Shown here in pieces: positions 1 to 11,689 of a stretch of 64,000 nucleotides of DNA; positions within the stretch are counted from its first letter, which is position 1; each line of letters starts with the position of its first letter. The stretch is from Eledone cirrhosa (lineage: Eukaryota). Location: assembly GCA_964016885.1 (NCBI GenBank), contig OZ024742.1, positions 365,924,001-365,988,000 of the forward strand, written 5' to 3'. The notes below the pieces were generated by a model. That model ran no database searches and was not told the origin of the DNA. It saw only the letters and a list, made by a program, of their open reading frames with translations. The translations under genes and the position numbers were made by a program.

Positions 1-110
1 ATATAGTTAGTTGCCAAAAGCTGGTGCATTTGTGCTCAATACTAGTGCCTACAGGGTGCTTTTGTGTAAACATGTTCTAACAGTCTATGTTCTCCTTTGT
101 AATCCTTTCA

Positions 111-151
<41 letters not shown>

Positions 152-220
152 ATACTTGGGGAGGGTCATATTGTTGTAATAATATTGCCAGAATTAATAA
201 CATAACACACTCATATATAT

Positions 221-668
221 ACTAGACCTGAAAAGTGCGCAAGCCCAAAAGAGCTACAGAATGATATAATGAACCTTCAAAAGTGTGGGACTAGAGTTGC
301 TGCCCAAACATATTGTAATCATTATCTATCGTACATTCTGTGGCATGCTTTTATAAAAAAAAAAGACTCATAACGAACTCAAGAGGACACAATCATTATT
401 TAAGCTAGTGTTCAATATCTCATATTAGATGTTTAGTAATGATTAATACGAAATGGACTTAAACCGAATTCTATATTATAAATTCACTTAAATAATTATC
501 ATGTCGTCTTGAGTTCATTATGAGTCTCTCTTTTATAAAAGGATGCCACAGAGTGTACGATAGATAATGATTACAATATTTTTGAGCAACAACTCTAGTC
601 CCACACTTTTGAAGGTTTATTATAACATTCTATGGCTCTTTGGAGCTTGCGCATTTTTCAGGTCTAGT
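221..668. repeat. Fold-back inverted repeat, ~170-185-bp arms
   Basis: ACTAGACCTGAAAAGTGCGCAAGC...AAGAGGACA (221-389) is the diverged reverse complement of TGTCGTCTT...GCGCATTTTTCAGGTCTAGT (502-668). Confidence 0.9.
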
Positions 669-1563
669 TTAATATTTTTTTAAGGCAACGCTTGTAATAA
701 CTCTAGTTAATATATATTAATAATAAATATAAATATATATTAATAATAAATTATCGTTGTAATGTAATTAGATTATATAATTGTTATTTTATAAATGATC
801 TTATAAATATTATTGTAAGATGTATAAAATATTTTCAGACTTTTAATATAAACAACTACAAAAAACAATCAATATTAAATTAATATATTTTACATAATAA
901 TTGTTATAGTTGAATTAATAAAAATTAAATATTACATACAAATAGTCTAACATAATAATAACAAAATAATCTAACATAATAATAATAAAATAATCTACCA
1001 TAAAACGAACAATAATATGGACAAATATACAAGTAAATATGATACAACCAATATTATAAACATGTTATAACGAACTGAAAAAAAATAGTTAATATAAATT
1101 TTAAAAATCTTATATAAATTAACAATATAACTTACCAAAACGAGAAAAATATTTTGATGATAAACGACGAAATACAGGAGGAAGATTAGAAAGCGAAACG
1201 ATAAATAAACGTGCAAACAAAATGGCGGATGCTTTTGAGCAACAATTACTCTCGTTAGTTGATTAGCCAATAAGACGATGAAATTAGCCAATAAGACGAT
1301 ACATTACAAAACATGTTTGCAGGGATCACGACGGCCAGCGACACCCACTGATTTTTTTATTCACAAGCTACGCATATATGTCAGACACGCAGACTTAAAA
1401 TATTCTGTTCTTAGTCACTGCGTGTCTAACAGATATATAAATAAAAATGAGGTTTTTATTAAAATGAAAAAAAAAAGAGATGCCCTACACGAGTGAAAGT
1501 ATAAGGAAAAAAGATGAAATCGAAAATGCAACTGGAGTCTTTTTAAGAATATTTATTTGGTTC

Positions 1564-1600
1564 CTTTACCGGTTTCACAGTTCTTGTGCTTTTTCAAAAG
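1564..1600 (-). ncRNA. Minimal type I hammerhead motif, degenerate
   Basis: Minus strand ctt-TTGAAAA(A)-gcac-aagaa-ctgt-GAAAC-CG-GTA-aag. One extra A and a weakened helix II. Confidence 0.5.
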
Positions 1601-1658
1601 TAGAATTGAGATGAAGGGTTTGTGGTGTTTCTCGCATGCCGTTTTTTCTCGATTTCTA

Positions 1659-1694
1659 CTTTTGAAAAGCATAAGAACTGTGAAACCGGTAAAG
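1659..1694 (+). ncRNA. Minimal type I hammerhead motif (U3:A8)
   Basis: ctt-TTGAAAA-gcat-aagaa-ctgt-GAAAC-CG-GTA-aag, with palindromic ACCGGT helix III. Confidence 0.55.
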
Positions 1695-2345
1695 GAAACA
1701 AATAAATATTCTTAAAAAGATTCCAGTTGCATTTTCGATTCCATTTTTTTTCCTTATATATATATATATAAGCTATTAAAAGTGTACTCATTTTTTATAT
1801 GTGAATACTTTTTTAAACATAAAAACACTCGAGACAATTTTATAGTCATTATTTTTCCAATATTTATTAAACTGCTTCGGGATATACACAAAATTCTGAA
1901 TTTTTTGTCGGGAGCTATTAACAAATTTATGATAAAGCTTATTACAGTCTTCTTCAAAAGTTGTGTCGATGAATGTCAGCTATATAGGTGAATGAACATG
2001 GCTTACAACTTGAGAAATACATACGTATGTACACACACACGTCTGACTATATAGATATGTAACTATTATTGATGTGGCATTAGATATGTTACTGCCTCAA
2101 TACGAATCTTCATACGGGGGTCATTACTAAACTATAAGCAGCACAGCTACTTAGAAAATTATAGAAAATACTATAAATACAAGACATTTATGAAACTGTA
2201 AATATATAATGTAAAATATTCCGAAATGTTGGCATGTAAATACTTCTTATACACAAGTAAAGTTACAGAAACATGGATTAATACACGTATAAATTCAAAT
2301 AGCAGAACCACATGTGTAACGGCATTTATACCTGCACACATACAT

Positions 2346-2390
2346 TACGTAAGTACTCGTGTATAAGTCGATCCGAATATAAGTTGATTC
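2346..2390. mobile_element. Possible terminal fragment of a pogo/Tc2-like DNA transposon
   Basis: TACGTAAGTACTCGTGTATAAGTCGATCCGAATATAAGTTGA resembles a recalled CCGTATATACTCGAGTATAAGCCGACCCGAATATAAG terminus. No partner end was seen. Confidence 0.35.
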
Positions 2391-3028
2391 CTTATATTAT
2401 GTCTGAGAGATAGGAAAAACTCCAAACCCTCTTTATAAACCGAAGCAGCTAATCAACACCTTCTTTAGATGGCGTATATAAGCCACCTTCCCATGTACCA
2501 TTGATGTTTTGGGTAACTTATTTCTCAATATTCGAATCTATATAATTCCTTGGTTGCTGAAAGAACATTTTTCTGGGTTAGAATCTCTCTCCCAATTGGT
2601 GAGAAATTAAAAAATCATGTTTATATATTATATAAACAAACAAGTCTTCCTATATAATATCTAATTACATATTTTTTCTTGAAAAATATAATTTGGTTTA
2701 TTTAAATAAGATATAGAAGTGTATTACTGAATAATTTATGTTAATTTTTTAACTTATTTTTAATTGTCGTCTATATTAGTGATGTCACTTATCTATAACA
2801 TTTATACAGAACTGATTCCAATAAACAATGGTTTATAATGGTAATATAACAATTTTAATCAAATCTTTTTCATATATTCAAATGAGAATCAATATATTTC
2901 AGATGGGGGAGGGTCATTGAAATCGATAGTATTGCTTTGTTTTATTTGTTGTTTTAAAAGGTCGTGAGTACAATTCCCAGGAGTACATTATGTCGTTGAG
3001 GGAGACACTATTTCATGTTACTCCAAAC

Positions 3029-3280
3029 CACTCAGCTGTATTTCTAATACAAAGGACAATCTCTCAGCTGTATTTCTAATACAAAGGACAATCTCTCAGC
3101 TGTATTTCTAATACAAAGTACAACTACTCAGCTGTATTTCTAATACAAAGGACAACCACTCAGCTGTATTTCTAATACAAAGGACAACTACTCAGCTGTA
3201 TTTCTAATACAAAGGACAACCACTCAGCTGTATTTCTAATACAAAGGACAACCACTCAGCTGTATTTCTAATACAAAGGA
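3029..3280. repeat. 32-bp minisatellite, ~8 copies
   Basis: Unit CTCAGCTGTATTTCTAATACAAAGGACAA(TCT/CTA/CCA) starts at 3031, 3063 ... 3255. Confidence 0.97.
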
Positions 3281-3385
3281 TAAGGCGAGTCGGATACTAT
3301 GCCATACTGAATCTCACGGAGAGGGTACACATGACTATGGGATGCTAAGACACTTGCATGATCATTTCACAAGCCATGTGTACCA

Positions 3386-3670
3386 CAGGGCCAGATTTAA
3401 AGGGAGGGAAATGGAGCAATTGCCCCGGGCCCCCTTACAGTAATGGCTGTAGCAATTTATTTGTGCCCTCAGCTGGGCTTTTTAGCTTTAGGATGGTTAG
3501 AAATGTTTAATTTAATACCTGTATGTGTAACTTTTCAATACCAATTATTTCACTAAGCTAACATTGATATGAAAAATTGGGGGTGGGTCGTGTATTCTAC
3601 TTTTTTGTTTTTGAGGATCACCCTAAACCTGAAGGGGCCCCGGGCCTCCAAGATTCTAAATTCAACCTTG
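3386..3670. mobile_element. Old hAT-like MITE
   Basis: Degenerate TIRs CAGGGCCAGATTTA / TAAATTCAACCTTG, subterminal GCCCCGGGCC at both ends, and 8-bp flanks GTGTACCA / ATGTACCG (6/8 match). Confidence 0.55.
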
Positions 3671-4063
3671 ATGTACCGTTGATCGAAAAACTAGAGCATT
3701 CATCGTGGGAACCGATGGAGGACCAACTCAATTCCCTCACAAAGCACAAAAGTAATTTACCTTCAAAACTTGAAAGAAATGTAATAAAATATAAATAATG
3801 CTCCTGGAGTGTGTGTGTATGGGGAGGGGCTATGGGGGGGGGGTACGATGTAGGGGCGAGGGGGTATTATGATTCATACAGAGACCTTCTTTAATTTTTG
3901 TTGTAGAAAGAAATGAGAAGCGATTAGGAAATTGTAAGAGATATTTAAATGTCATCAGTTCACGACATAATTTAATATCACAAACATTTCTAGACCGAAA
4001 CAACAACGTTAAACATTTGACGCCATGTTGAAATTTTACTTTTGTGTTAATGTTTTTATATAT

Positions 4064-4122
<59 letters not shown>

Positions 4123-4272
4123 ATACTTTGGGAGGGTCATGTTGCCAATAAGAAACACACGCACCAGTTGCTTTCACTTCAATTTATTATATATTTATAA
4201 ATTTATAAATTTACAAATCTATAAATTTCTGGTTGGTTGGTTGGTTCCACAACCAGATAGTTGTTTATATAT

Positions 4273-4317
4273 AGTCATAGTTCTTTCGTCACACACTCTG
4301 TGACCTCTTCAGTGACT
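4273..4317 (-). ncRNA. Type I hammerhead ribozyme motif
   Basis: Minus strand agtca-CTGAAGA-g-gtcaca-gagtg-tgtgac-GAAA-G-aa-C-TA-tgact: 5-bp helix I, 6-bp helix II, minimal helix III, CUA cleavage triplet. Confidence 0.7.
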
Positions 4318-5912
4318 GGGGATTCCTTTCTTTGTTTCTGTGCCTCTCCTTTGTTCTGTCCTACGCCATTTTGTTTCTGTGTGTGTGTTGTGTGCTAGTC
4401 TGCGCATGCGCCACATCCGGGTGTCTGTGTGTGTTTATGTTCATTTATTTATTTGTTTATTTACATGTTACTGGTTGGTTGTTTGTTCTATGTGTGTGTG
4501 TGTTTTCATTTTGTCCTTAATTGTAAGTTGTGATGTTGCTGTTCCACTCATATTTTTTATTTAATTTTGGTTGTAATTCTTTTATGTTTATTGCCTCTGT
4601 AATTTGTCTAAACATTGCGTCTTTTCTGTGTGTAGATTCTATTTTTATTTCTATGTTCTCTAATTTACCCTTGTGTTCTATCTTAGCATGTTGGTAGAGT
4701 ACAGATGATTCTTTATTATCTTGAAGGTCTCGCCAGTGTTCATTTATCCGTTCCCCGAAAAACCGTCCTCATTCGTTCGTCGGACAAGGCAATTTAAAAC
4801 AGTGAAATATTTGGAAAGTCTCCTCAAGAAATGCGAAAAATATATAAATAAATGTAATGCAAGAGATATTAAAAACTATATATAAAAGAATATATAAAAA
4901 GTATATTAAAAAAATATAAGGAAATATAGTTAGGGTATGTGTATATGTATGTATATACACTCACAAATGTACATATGTGTGTATTTACAAATGCATGTGT
5001 ATGGTAAAAATGTGTGCGTAAGTACATATATGAGGGCAAGTATATTTGTGTGTATGTGACCACAAATACGTATATAATGTGAGTTGAAAAAGAAATTGTA
5101 AGATAATATAGTTAACACGCATCCAGATACAGGTATTAAATACACATACGAGTATGAAAGCACGCGTATAAACACACACACACGCGCGCGGTCACTTATA
5201 TGCGGAAGATAAAGAGCGAAGGGAGTGTAATAGTAAAAAGAAGTGTTATTCTCGATATATGTATAAAAATGAAACAAAATATGAGAATAAAAAAATGTTT
5301 AAATCAAAGAGAAAGTAATCAATTAACACTAGAGAAAAGAAAACAAACATAGGTACGCACGTACACACACATATATATATATATATATATACACACAAAT
5401 ACGTACAGACAAAAGCGCATGCATGCGTACATACATACACACGAGGCACGTATATATATATATCGCCACATGTATATCTAATCACACGTACGTACGCGAC
5501 TATATATATATATACACATACACACCCATACATACATATACATATATACACATATACATACACATCCACATACATTCACCCACATACACACACACACGTA
5601 AAAATAAGAATGTAAAAAACATAGATATAAAAAAAACAGATATAAAAACACACATACATACACATATATATACGTACGCACGCACACATAGGGAGGCGTT
5701 CGTACGAATCGCGGTGCTTTCACCCTTAACGGGATCTTCTTATATATTTGATATACATTTATCCTTATCGAGCCCTCTTTGGATTTTAGTCTTCAAATTT
5801 ATTATTACTATATATATATAAGTTTACCCCGGGTTCAATCGGGGGTAACCACAGTAAGTAAGGTACTCATGATTTCTACTGAATGAAACAGTTCTAGTCC
5901 TGTAGAAGCCTT

Positions 5913-6061
<149 letters not shown>

Positions 6062-6237
6062 CATAAGGGAAAACATATTTAAAGTTCAACCCATGCCAGC
6101 AATGTTCAAGCTGAATATGTTTCAACATTAAAAAGAAGGAATCTATTCCTCCATGTTGTAATCTTGAAGGAATTAAGAATGAAACTTAAGGTAAGCGATG
6201 ATCAGATATGACAAATTGTTGCATCTCTGCAGACCCA

Positions 6238-7043
6238 GTCTCAGCGTGTCTCATCATCGTGTCTCATCAGCGTGTCTCATCACCGTGTCTCATCAGCGTG
6301 TCTCATCATCGTGTCTCATCAGCGTGTCTCATCAGCGTGTCTCATCATCGTGTCTCATCAGCGTGTCTCATCATCGTGTCTCATCAGCGTGTCTCATCAT
6401 CGTGTCTCATCAGCGTGTCTCATCAGCGTGTCTCATCATCGTGTCTCATCATCGTGTCTCATCATCGTGTCTCATCAGCGTGTCTCATCAGCGTGTCTCA
6501 TCATCGTGTCTCATCATCGTGTCTCATCAGCGTGTCTCATCATCGTGTCTCATCAGCGTGTCTCATCAGCGTGTCTCATCATCGTGTCTCATCATCGTGT
6601 CTCATCAGCGTGTCTCATCAGCGTGTCTCATCAGCGTGTCTCATCAGCGTGTCTCATCACCGTGTCTCATCATCGTGTCTCATCAGCGTGTCTCATCATC
6701 GTGTCTCATCATCGTGTCTCATCAGCGTGTCTCATCATCGTGTCTCATCAGCGTGTCTCATCATCGTGTCTCATCAGCGTGTCTCATCATCGTGTCTCAT
6801 CATCGTGTCTCATCAGCGTGTCTCATCATCGTGTCTCATCAGCGTGTCTCATCAGCGTGTCTCATCAGCGTGTCTCATCACCGTGTCTCATCAGCGTGTC
6901 TCATCACCGTGTCTCATCAGCGTGTCTCATCACCGTGTCTCATCAGCGTGTCTCATCACCGTGTCTCATCAGCGTGTCTCATCACCGTGTCTCATCAGCG
7001 TGTCTCATCACCGTGTCTCATCAGCGTGTCTGTCTCATCATCA
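6238..7043. repeat. 13-bp minisatellite, ~61 copies
   Basis: Unit CGTGTCTCATCA(G/T/C), with essentially one variable position. Confidence 0.98.
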
Positions 7044-7079
7044 ACGTTTCTACACAGACCATTTACATAAAGATTTCTG

Positions 7080-7277
7080 ATTTAGGCAAATAGACAACAC
7101 ATTTAGGGGAGGAGAAAGTCGATTAAATCGATCTCGGTGCATTACTGCTACTTTATTCTATCGGATAAAAGACAAAGGTGACCTCGGCCGCATTTGAACT
7201 CAGAATGTAAAAAGACGTAACTGTATGTCACAAAGCATGTTGTCCGACGCTCTACCGATACTGCCAAACCAACACCC
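7080..7277 (-). mobile_element. tRNA-derived SINE (octopod-type)
   Basis: Minus strand has A-box-like TGGCAGTATCGG and B-box-like GAGTTCAAATGC. The body is shared with 7305-7512, 15846-15958 and 22541-22640. Confidence 0.75.
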
Positions 7278-7304
7278 TTAAAAACAACAACAATAATCAT
7301 AATG

Positions 7305-7512
7305 GTTTCTTATATAGGCACAAGGCCAGTAATTTGGGGGGAATGGGAAAGTCGATGTAACCACCCCAGTGCATTACTGGTACTTTATTTTACCTATCCC
7401 GTAAGGATAAAAGGCTAAGCTAACTTCGGAGGAATTTTAATTCAGAACGTAAAGGGTCGTAACTCTATACCACAAATGTCCGACGCTCTACCGATTACTG
7501 CCAATCCACCTC
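7305..7512 (-). mobile_element. tRNA-derived SINE, second tandem copy
   Basis: GGCACAAGGCCAG...CCCCAGTGCATTACTGGTACTT...GTCCGACGCTCTACCGAT is homologous to the adjacent copy. Confidence 0.75.
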
Positions 7513-7648
7513 ACTAGAATAATTAAATAATACAATAGAAAGATGAAAATAAATAAGATATGTGTTACATATCGTAGTGATTCTAGGATGATTTAGTCCT
7601 CAAATCTAAAGTTTTCTACTGAACGTCTGGAAAGATACATCATCATCA

Positions 7649-9924
7649 TCATTCGTCGACTACTGTCGAGATGATGGATCTCACTCTCATGCCCCAGAAT
7701 TCCCTGTCCCCCATCGCTGCCCCCAGGTCCTGTCTACTGATTCCCGTATCCCTAGAGATAACGTCAGGGAATGACAGCTTCCTACTCCTAGTCAGGCTGG
7801 AGTCAGGGTTCCAGAGCAAGAGAGCGGATATGATTTCATTGCTGGCACGGTGACAGTGGCCAGCAAATTGAGCTCTCCGGGATTTTAGAAGGGCAGAGGC
7901 TCGAGGGAGTTTGCCATAGATTTTAGACAAGGTGGGATGTCGTTTCCAGGATAGGTTTTGCACTCTCATTAAGAGGCGGGTATATGTGCCATCCAATCTC
8001 CTCTCAAGTTGTGATGTTAGTGTCCAAGTTTCGGATCCATAAAGTAATATGGGCTTAATGGTTGCTTGGAATATTTCCAGTCCCAGTTTGTTGGTAAGTT
8101 GAGATCTCCATATGGCGTGCATGTCATTGCATGCTGACCATGCCATACTCTTCCTGGTTAGAAAATCTTTTTTGGAGGAGGAGATATATGAGCCAAGATA
8201 TTTGTAATCTTCCACCTGCTTAAGGGTGGTACCATTAAGGGTTCTGATGGGGTAGTTTGGGCATCTGTTCACACACTCAGTCTTGGATTCGTTGAGGTAC
8301 AGTCCAACACAGTTGGACGCTTGCTCTAATGACTTCAAAAGACTCTCAGCATTTTCCAGTGACCGACTGATCAATGCGTTGTCGTCAGCAAAGTCGGTGT
8401 CGGTCAAGTATTTTGCTGGGTAGCGTGAGCTTCTCCTAGGCTGTAGTTGGTATCCCCTATCCTGAATCCTATCCACAGACATGCGCAAAACATAATCCAC
8501 AACAATGATAAATAGATACGGAGCAAGGGTATCGCCCTGTAAAATTTCAGCGAGGATTGAGAAAGGTGGTGTTTCCCCATCTGGGGTCAGGACAGTTGAT
8601 TTGGTATCTGTATACATTACACGTATGGCCGCGATGATTTTATCAGGAATCCCATAGAGTTGTAGAATTTCAAACATCCCCGACCTGTCAACTGAGTCGA
8701 AGGCTTTTGAAAAATCAACAAAGATGAGTGCGAGGTCTAGATTGCGGTTTTGGAACTCCTCTATAAGTCGGCGAAGGCAGAGAATCTGGCTAAGTGTTGA
8801 TCTACCTCTCCTAAATCCATTCTGGTTGTTACGAAGGATTGTCTCAAGAAATGGGATTAAGCGGTTAAGAAGAAGCTTGTTGTATATTTTTGCAGCAATT
8901 GCCATGAGAGAAATTCCTCTATAGTTGGTGGCTAAAGAAAGATCTCCTTTTTTGGGCATGGGGATAATTTGAGCTGCATGCCAGACGCTAGGTGGTTTAT
9001 TGGTCTCGAAAGTATGGTTACATAAGTTGAGCAAAAGGATGTGGAAATGCTCATCCTTCCAAATCAGGGTAGGTATATTATCCGGCCCAAAGGCTTTTGA
9101 GGCTTTGAGCTGTTTGATGGCTTCTTTGAGCTGAGGCATGGTGAAAGGAGAGGTGTTGATTCCTAAAGGCTCTGAAACCTGAACGGATGGCAGTTGAAAG
9201 TTATCAGGGAGTCTGGCCTTTTTCCCTAGAAGGTTTTTAAAATGAGCAGACCAATTTTCAAGACATTTTTTGGCAGAGCCTCCTTTGATTCTAACTGCAG
9301 GGTTTGAGTTTTTGCCTAAAAGATCTTTGACAACCTTCCAAGCAAGATGATGGTGTTTGCTGATGTGATGTTGCGATAGCTGATCAATCCTACCTGAGAT
9401 ATAGTCGGCTTCAGCATTAAGATAAGCGTCGTCTAGTGATGTTTTGGCCATGATAAGCTGTATCTTTTCCCCTTGAGATGGTGATTGATGGTGAGATTGG
9501 GATATTGACCTAAGATGGACCCTTGCCTCAACTACCTTCTCTGAGGCACTAAGTTTCATTTGGCTTCGGCTTTTCTTTTTAGGTAGGGTGGCAAGTGCAG
9601 CTTCCTCTGTTGATTGCTTAAGACAGTCATACACATCCTCAATATTATCGTCATTGATGTCAAAAGTTGAGAGAGATTGAAATCTGTTATAGACTTGAAA
9701 CGTGAAGCTATTGGATAGTTGTTTGTTGGAAGAAACGGCTTTCCAGTCTATTCTTTTCATGGGATGAGGTTCGACTCTCTTGGATATCCTGAGACTAAGT
9801 TTGATTGTTGCCGAGATGACTCGATGATCTGAGCCGACAGAGCTAAAGGAGGAATAAGATCTAGAATCTTTGATTGAGTTTCTCCATTTCTTGCGAAATA
9901 TCAAATAGTCAATCTGAGCTCGTT
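7649..9924 (-). pseudogene. LINE ORF 3' part: end of AP endonuclease plus reverse transcriptase
   Basis: Motifs RAQIDYL, SDHRVI, KAFGPDNIP, NYRGISL, QNGFRRGRST, FVDFSKAFDSV, LQGDTLAPYLF, FADD and YKYLGS in one open frame. Confidence 0.95.
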
Positions 9925-10520
9925 GGTGCTACTGGTAACATGTATCCCAGTACAACCTGTCTCATTGTCGGGTCGTTGGCGACTAAACTGGCAACCCCAC
10001 CAAGATTTCTTGGTGAGGAGGGTGACTTTGGACATCCTGCAGGACTAAAAACAAAACCTGTCAAAGGGCAAAGGAACTCCTCGGAGCTCTTAAGAGCTCT
10101 TGGAGTCAATGGCCATCCAAAACCAGCACGGCCCGCCGAAAGGCGCTGCAGTGCCGGAAAAGTCAACTTCCTGCTACTAGTATGCTGGTAAGCTAGTACA
10201 ACGTATCTCCAGACGGATAGAGTGGGTCCGTAGCTTTGGTTAGCGACTACTCTAGTGCTTGCAACACGAACAATTTGGGCGAGGGTATAAATGCTAGGTT
10301 GGTATCTGGCGCCGGGTAACCCACCACACGGAGGAGAAAGCACCTTCTTCAAGACTTGGCTGTCAAATTCTTTCACATGTGTGTAGTAGTGGCGCCCACA
10401 CACATTATTAGCTATTTGAAAGGATGATGGATTTCACAACTGACTGCACCAGCGGGACGGGGTTCATCCTAAGCAAACAACAAGCAAATCTCGCTTGGCT
10501 AGCTGTAAAAAGCAAATAAT

Positions 10521-11137
10521 ATTAGCTCCTTGAACACCAGAACCCTCCTTCCAACAGGTAGACTACAGGAGCTGGCAGAGAATGCCAAACTTCAGAACAT
10601 TGACATCCTTGCGGTCCAAGAACACCGCTTTTTCCACCCAAAGGATGATCTCAAGTATCACACCCTAGGATCCTACCAACTTGTCACCTCTTCAGCCACC
10701 AGGTAACCCTGTCAATGCCTTCGTCGGAGGAGTCGGCTGCCTTCTCTCATCTAAAGCCAGCAATAATCTTCTGGGGATTGAAACAATCTCTCCCAGAATC
10801 TTGGTGATTACACTAGAGGGCAATCCTAGAACCACTGCGATATGTGTATACAGTCCTCATAACGTCTCTCCTGAGGATGAGGTAAGAGAATTCTACACGA
10901 CCCTTCGCACAGTTGTTGAGCAAGTGCCCTTACACAACTTTCTTATCATCGCTGGAGACCTCAACGCTCAACTTGGCCCGGATGAAGTAAAGTTCACATA
11001 CAATAGGGTTACTAACCGAAACGGGGAATATCTCAAGGACTTCATGGAAGAATTCAGTCTATTCAGCTCAAACAACAGCTTCATGAAGACCAGAGGCCGG
11101 CTTTGGACCTTCGAATACCCAAACCAAAAACGAGCTC
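10521..11137 (+). pseudogene. LINE ORF 5' part: AP endonuclease N-terminus, inverted and frameshifted
   Basis: ISSLNTRTL and DILAVQEHR, a frameshift near 10704, then GGVG, CVYSPH, IAGDLNAQLG, NRNGEYL and WTFEYPNQKRA. Confidence 0.92.
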
Positions 11138-11310
11138 GGAAAGATACAACAGTGATGTGAATGTTGGTTGTAAGGTAAATAATGCTTAGATCTTGATATA
11201 TGATTTATTTCTGCATACTATAATGTAGTTTAATTGAAATTCTTCCAACATATTTCATGTCCTTTTGTTGAAATACATTTAACATTAATAAATTGTCTTA
11301 AATATATTTT

Positions 11311-11392
<82 letters not shown>

Positions 11393-11443
11393 CTAATAAA
11401 GCTTTGTTTGTACTGCCTCTCTGCTTTGTTCCCGTTCCATTTT

Positions 11444-11487
<44 letters not shown>

Positions 11488-11567
11488 TATATATAAAGGT
11501 AGAACACTGGAGGGTTAGATCCGTAGTAGTAGAGCACTCAGTCCAAGGGACGAGTTTGGTTTGGTAG

Positions 11568-11668
11568 AAGTAGTAACACAGCAGTTAGTTCACTATACCG
11601 AGAACCAATTGAAACCAAGGTGAAACAATTGTTCTCGGTATGGTGAACTAATTGTTGTGTTACTACTT
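11568..11668. repeat. Hairpin, ~44-bp arms
   Basis: AAGTAGTAACACAGCAGTTAGTTCACTATACCGAGAAC / GTTCTCGGTATGGTGAACTAATTGTTGTGTTACTACTT. Confidence 0.9.
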
Positions 11669-11689
11669 ATATATATATATATACAAATT

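Larger units (their letters stand above)
1433..1758. mobile_element. Small HHR-bearing repeat with inverted duplication (probably PLE-derived)
   Basis: Arms 1500-1611 and 1647-1758 are inverted and (TA)n-flanked. A non-inverted copy of the same family lies at 27580-27790. Confidence 0.7.
7640..11137 (-). mobile_element. RTE-group LINE, near full length, with inverted 5' third
   Basis: TSD GGAAAGATACA at 7629-7639 and 11138-11148, and a (TGA)4 tail at 7640-7651. RT portion is on the minus strand; 5' UTR and endonuclease N-terminus are on the plus strand. Confidence 0.93.

Noticed and set aside
3029-3280. 32-bp repeats as a CRISPR array
   Set aside because: The units are contiguous with no unique spacers, there are no cas genes, and the context is eukaryotic.
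5715-5755. Hammerhead-like GAAGA-TCCCG-TTAA-GGGT-GAAAG on the minus strand
   Set aside because: The CUG of the core and the cleavage triplet are missing; too degenerate to call.
6238-7055. Minus-strand CTGATGAG in the 13-mer as tandem hammerheads
   Set aside because: There is no GAAA partner or helices within the unit, and the single flanking GAAAC does not close helix II.
6198-7093. Three 273-290-aa ORFs
   Set aside because: The 13-bp repeat lacks plus-strand stops, so all frames are open and give the same periodic peptide.
9922-10345. HDV-like or twister ribozyme call for the LINE 5' UTR
   Set aside because: No consistent HDV P1/P3/P1.1 arrangement or twister L4/T2 match could be assembled by eye; kept only as an unclassified structure.
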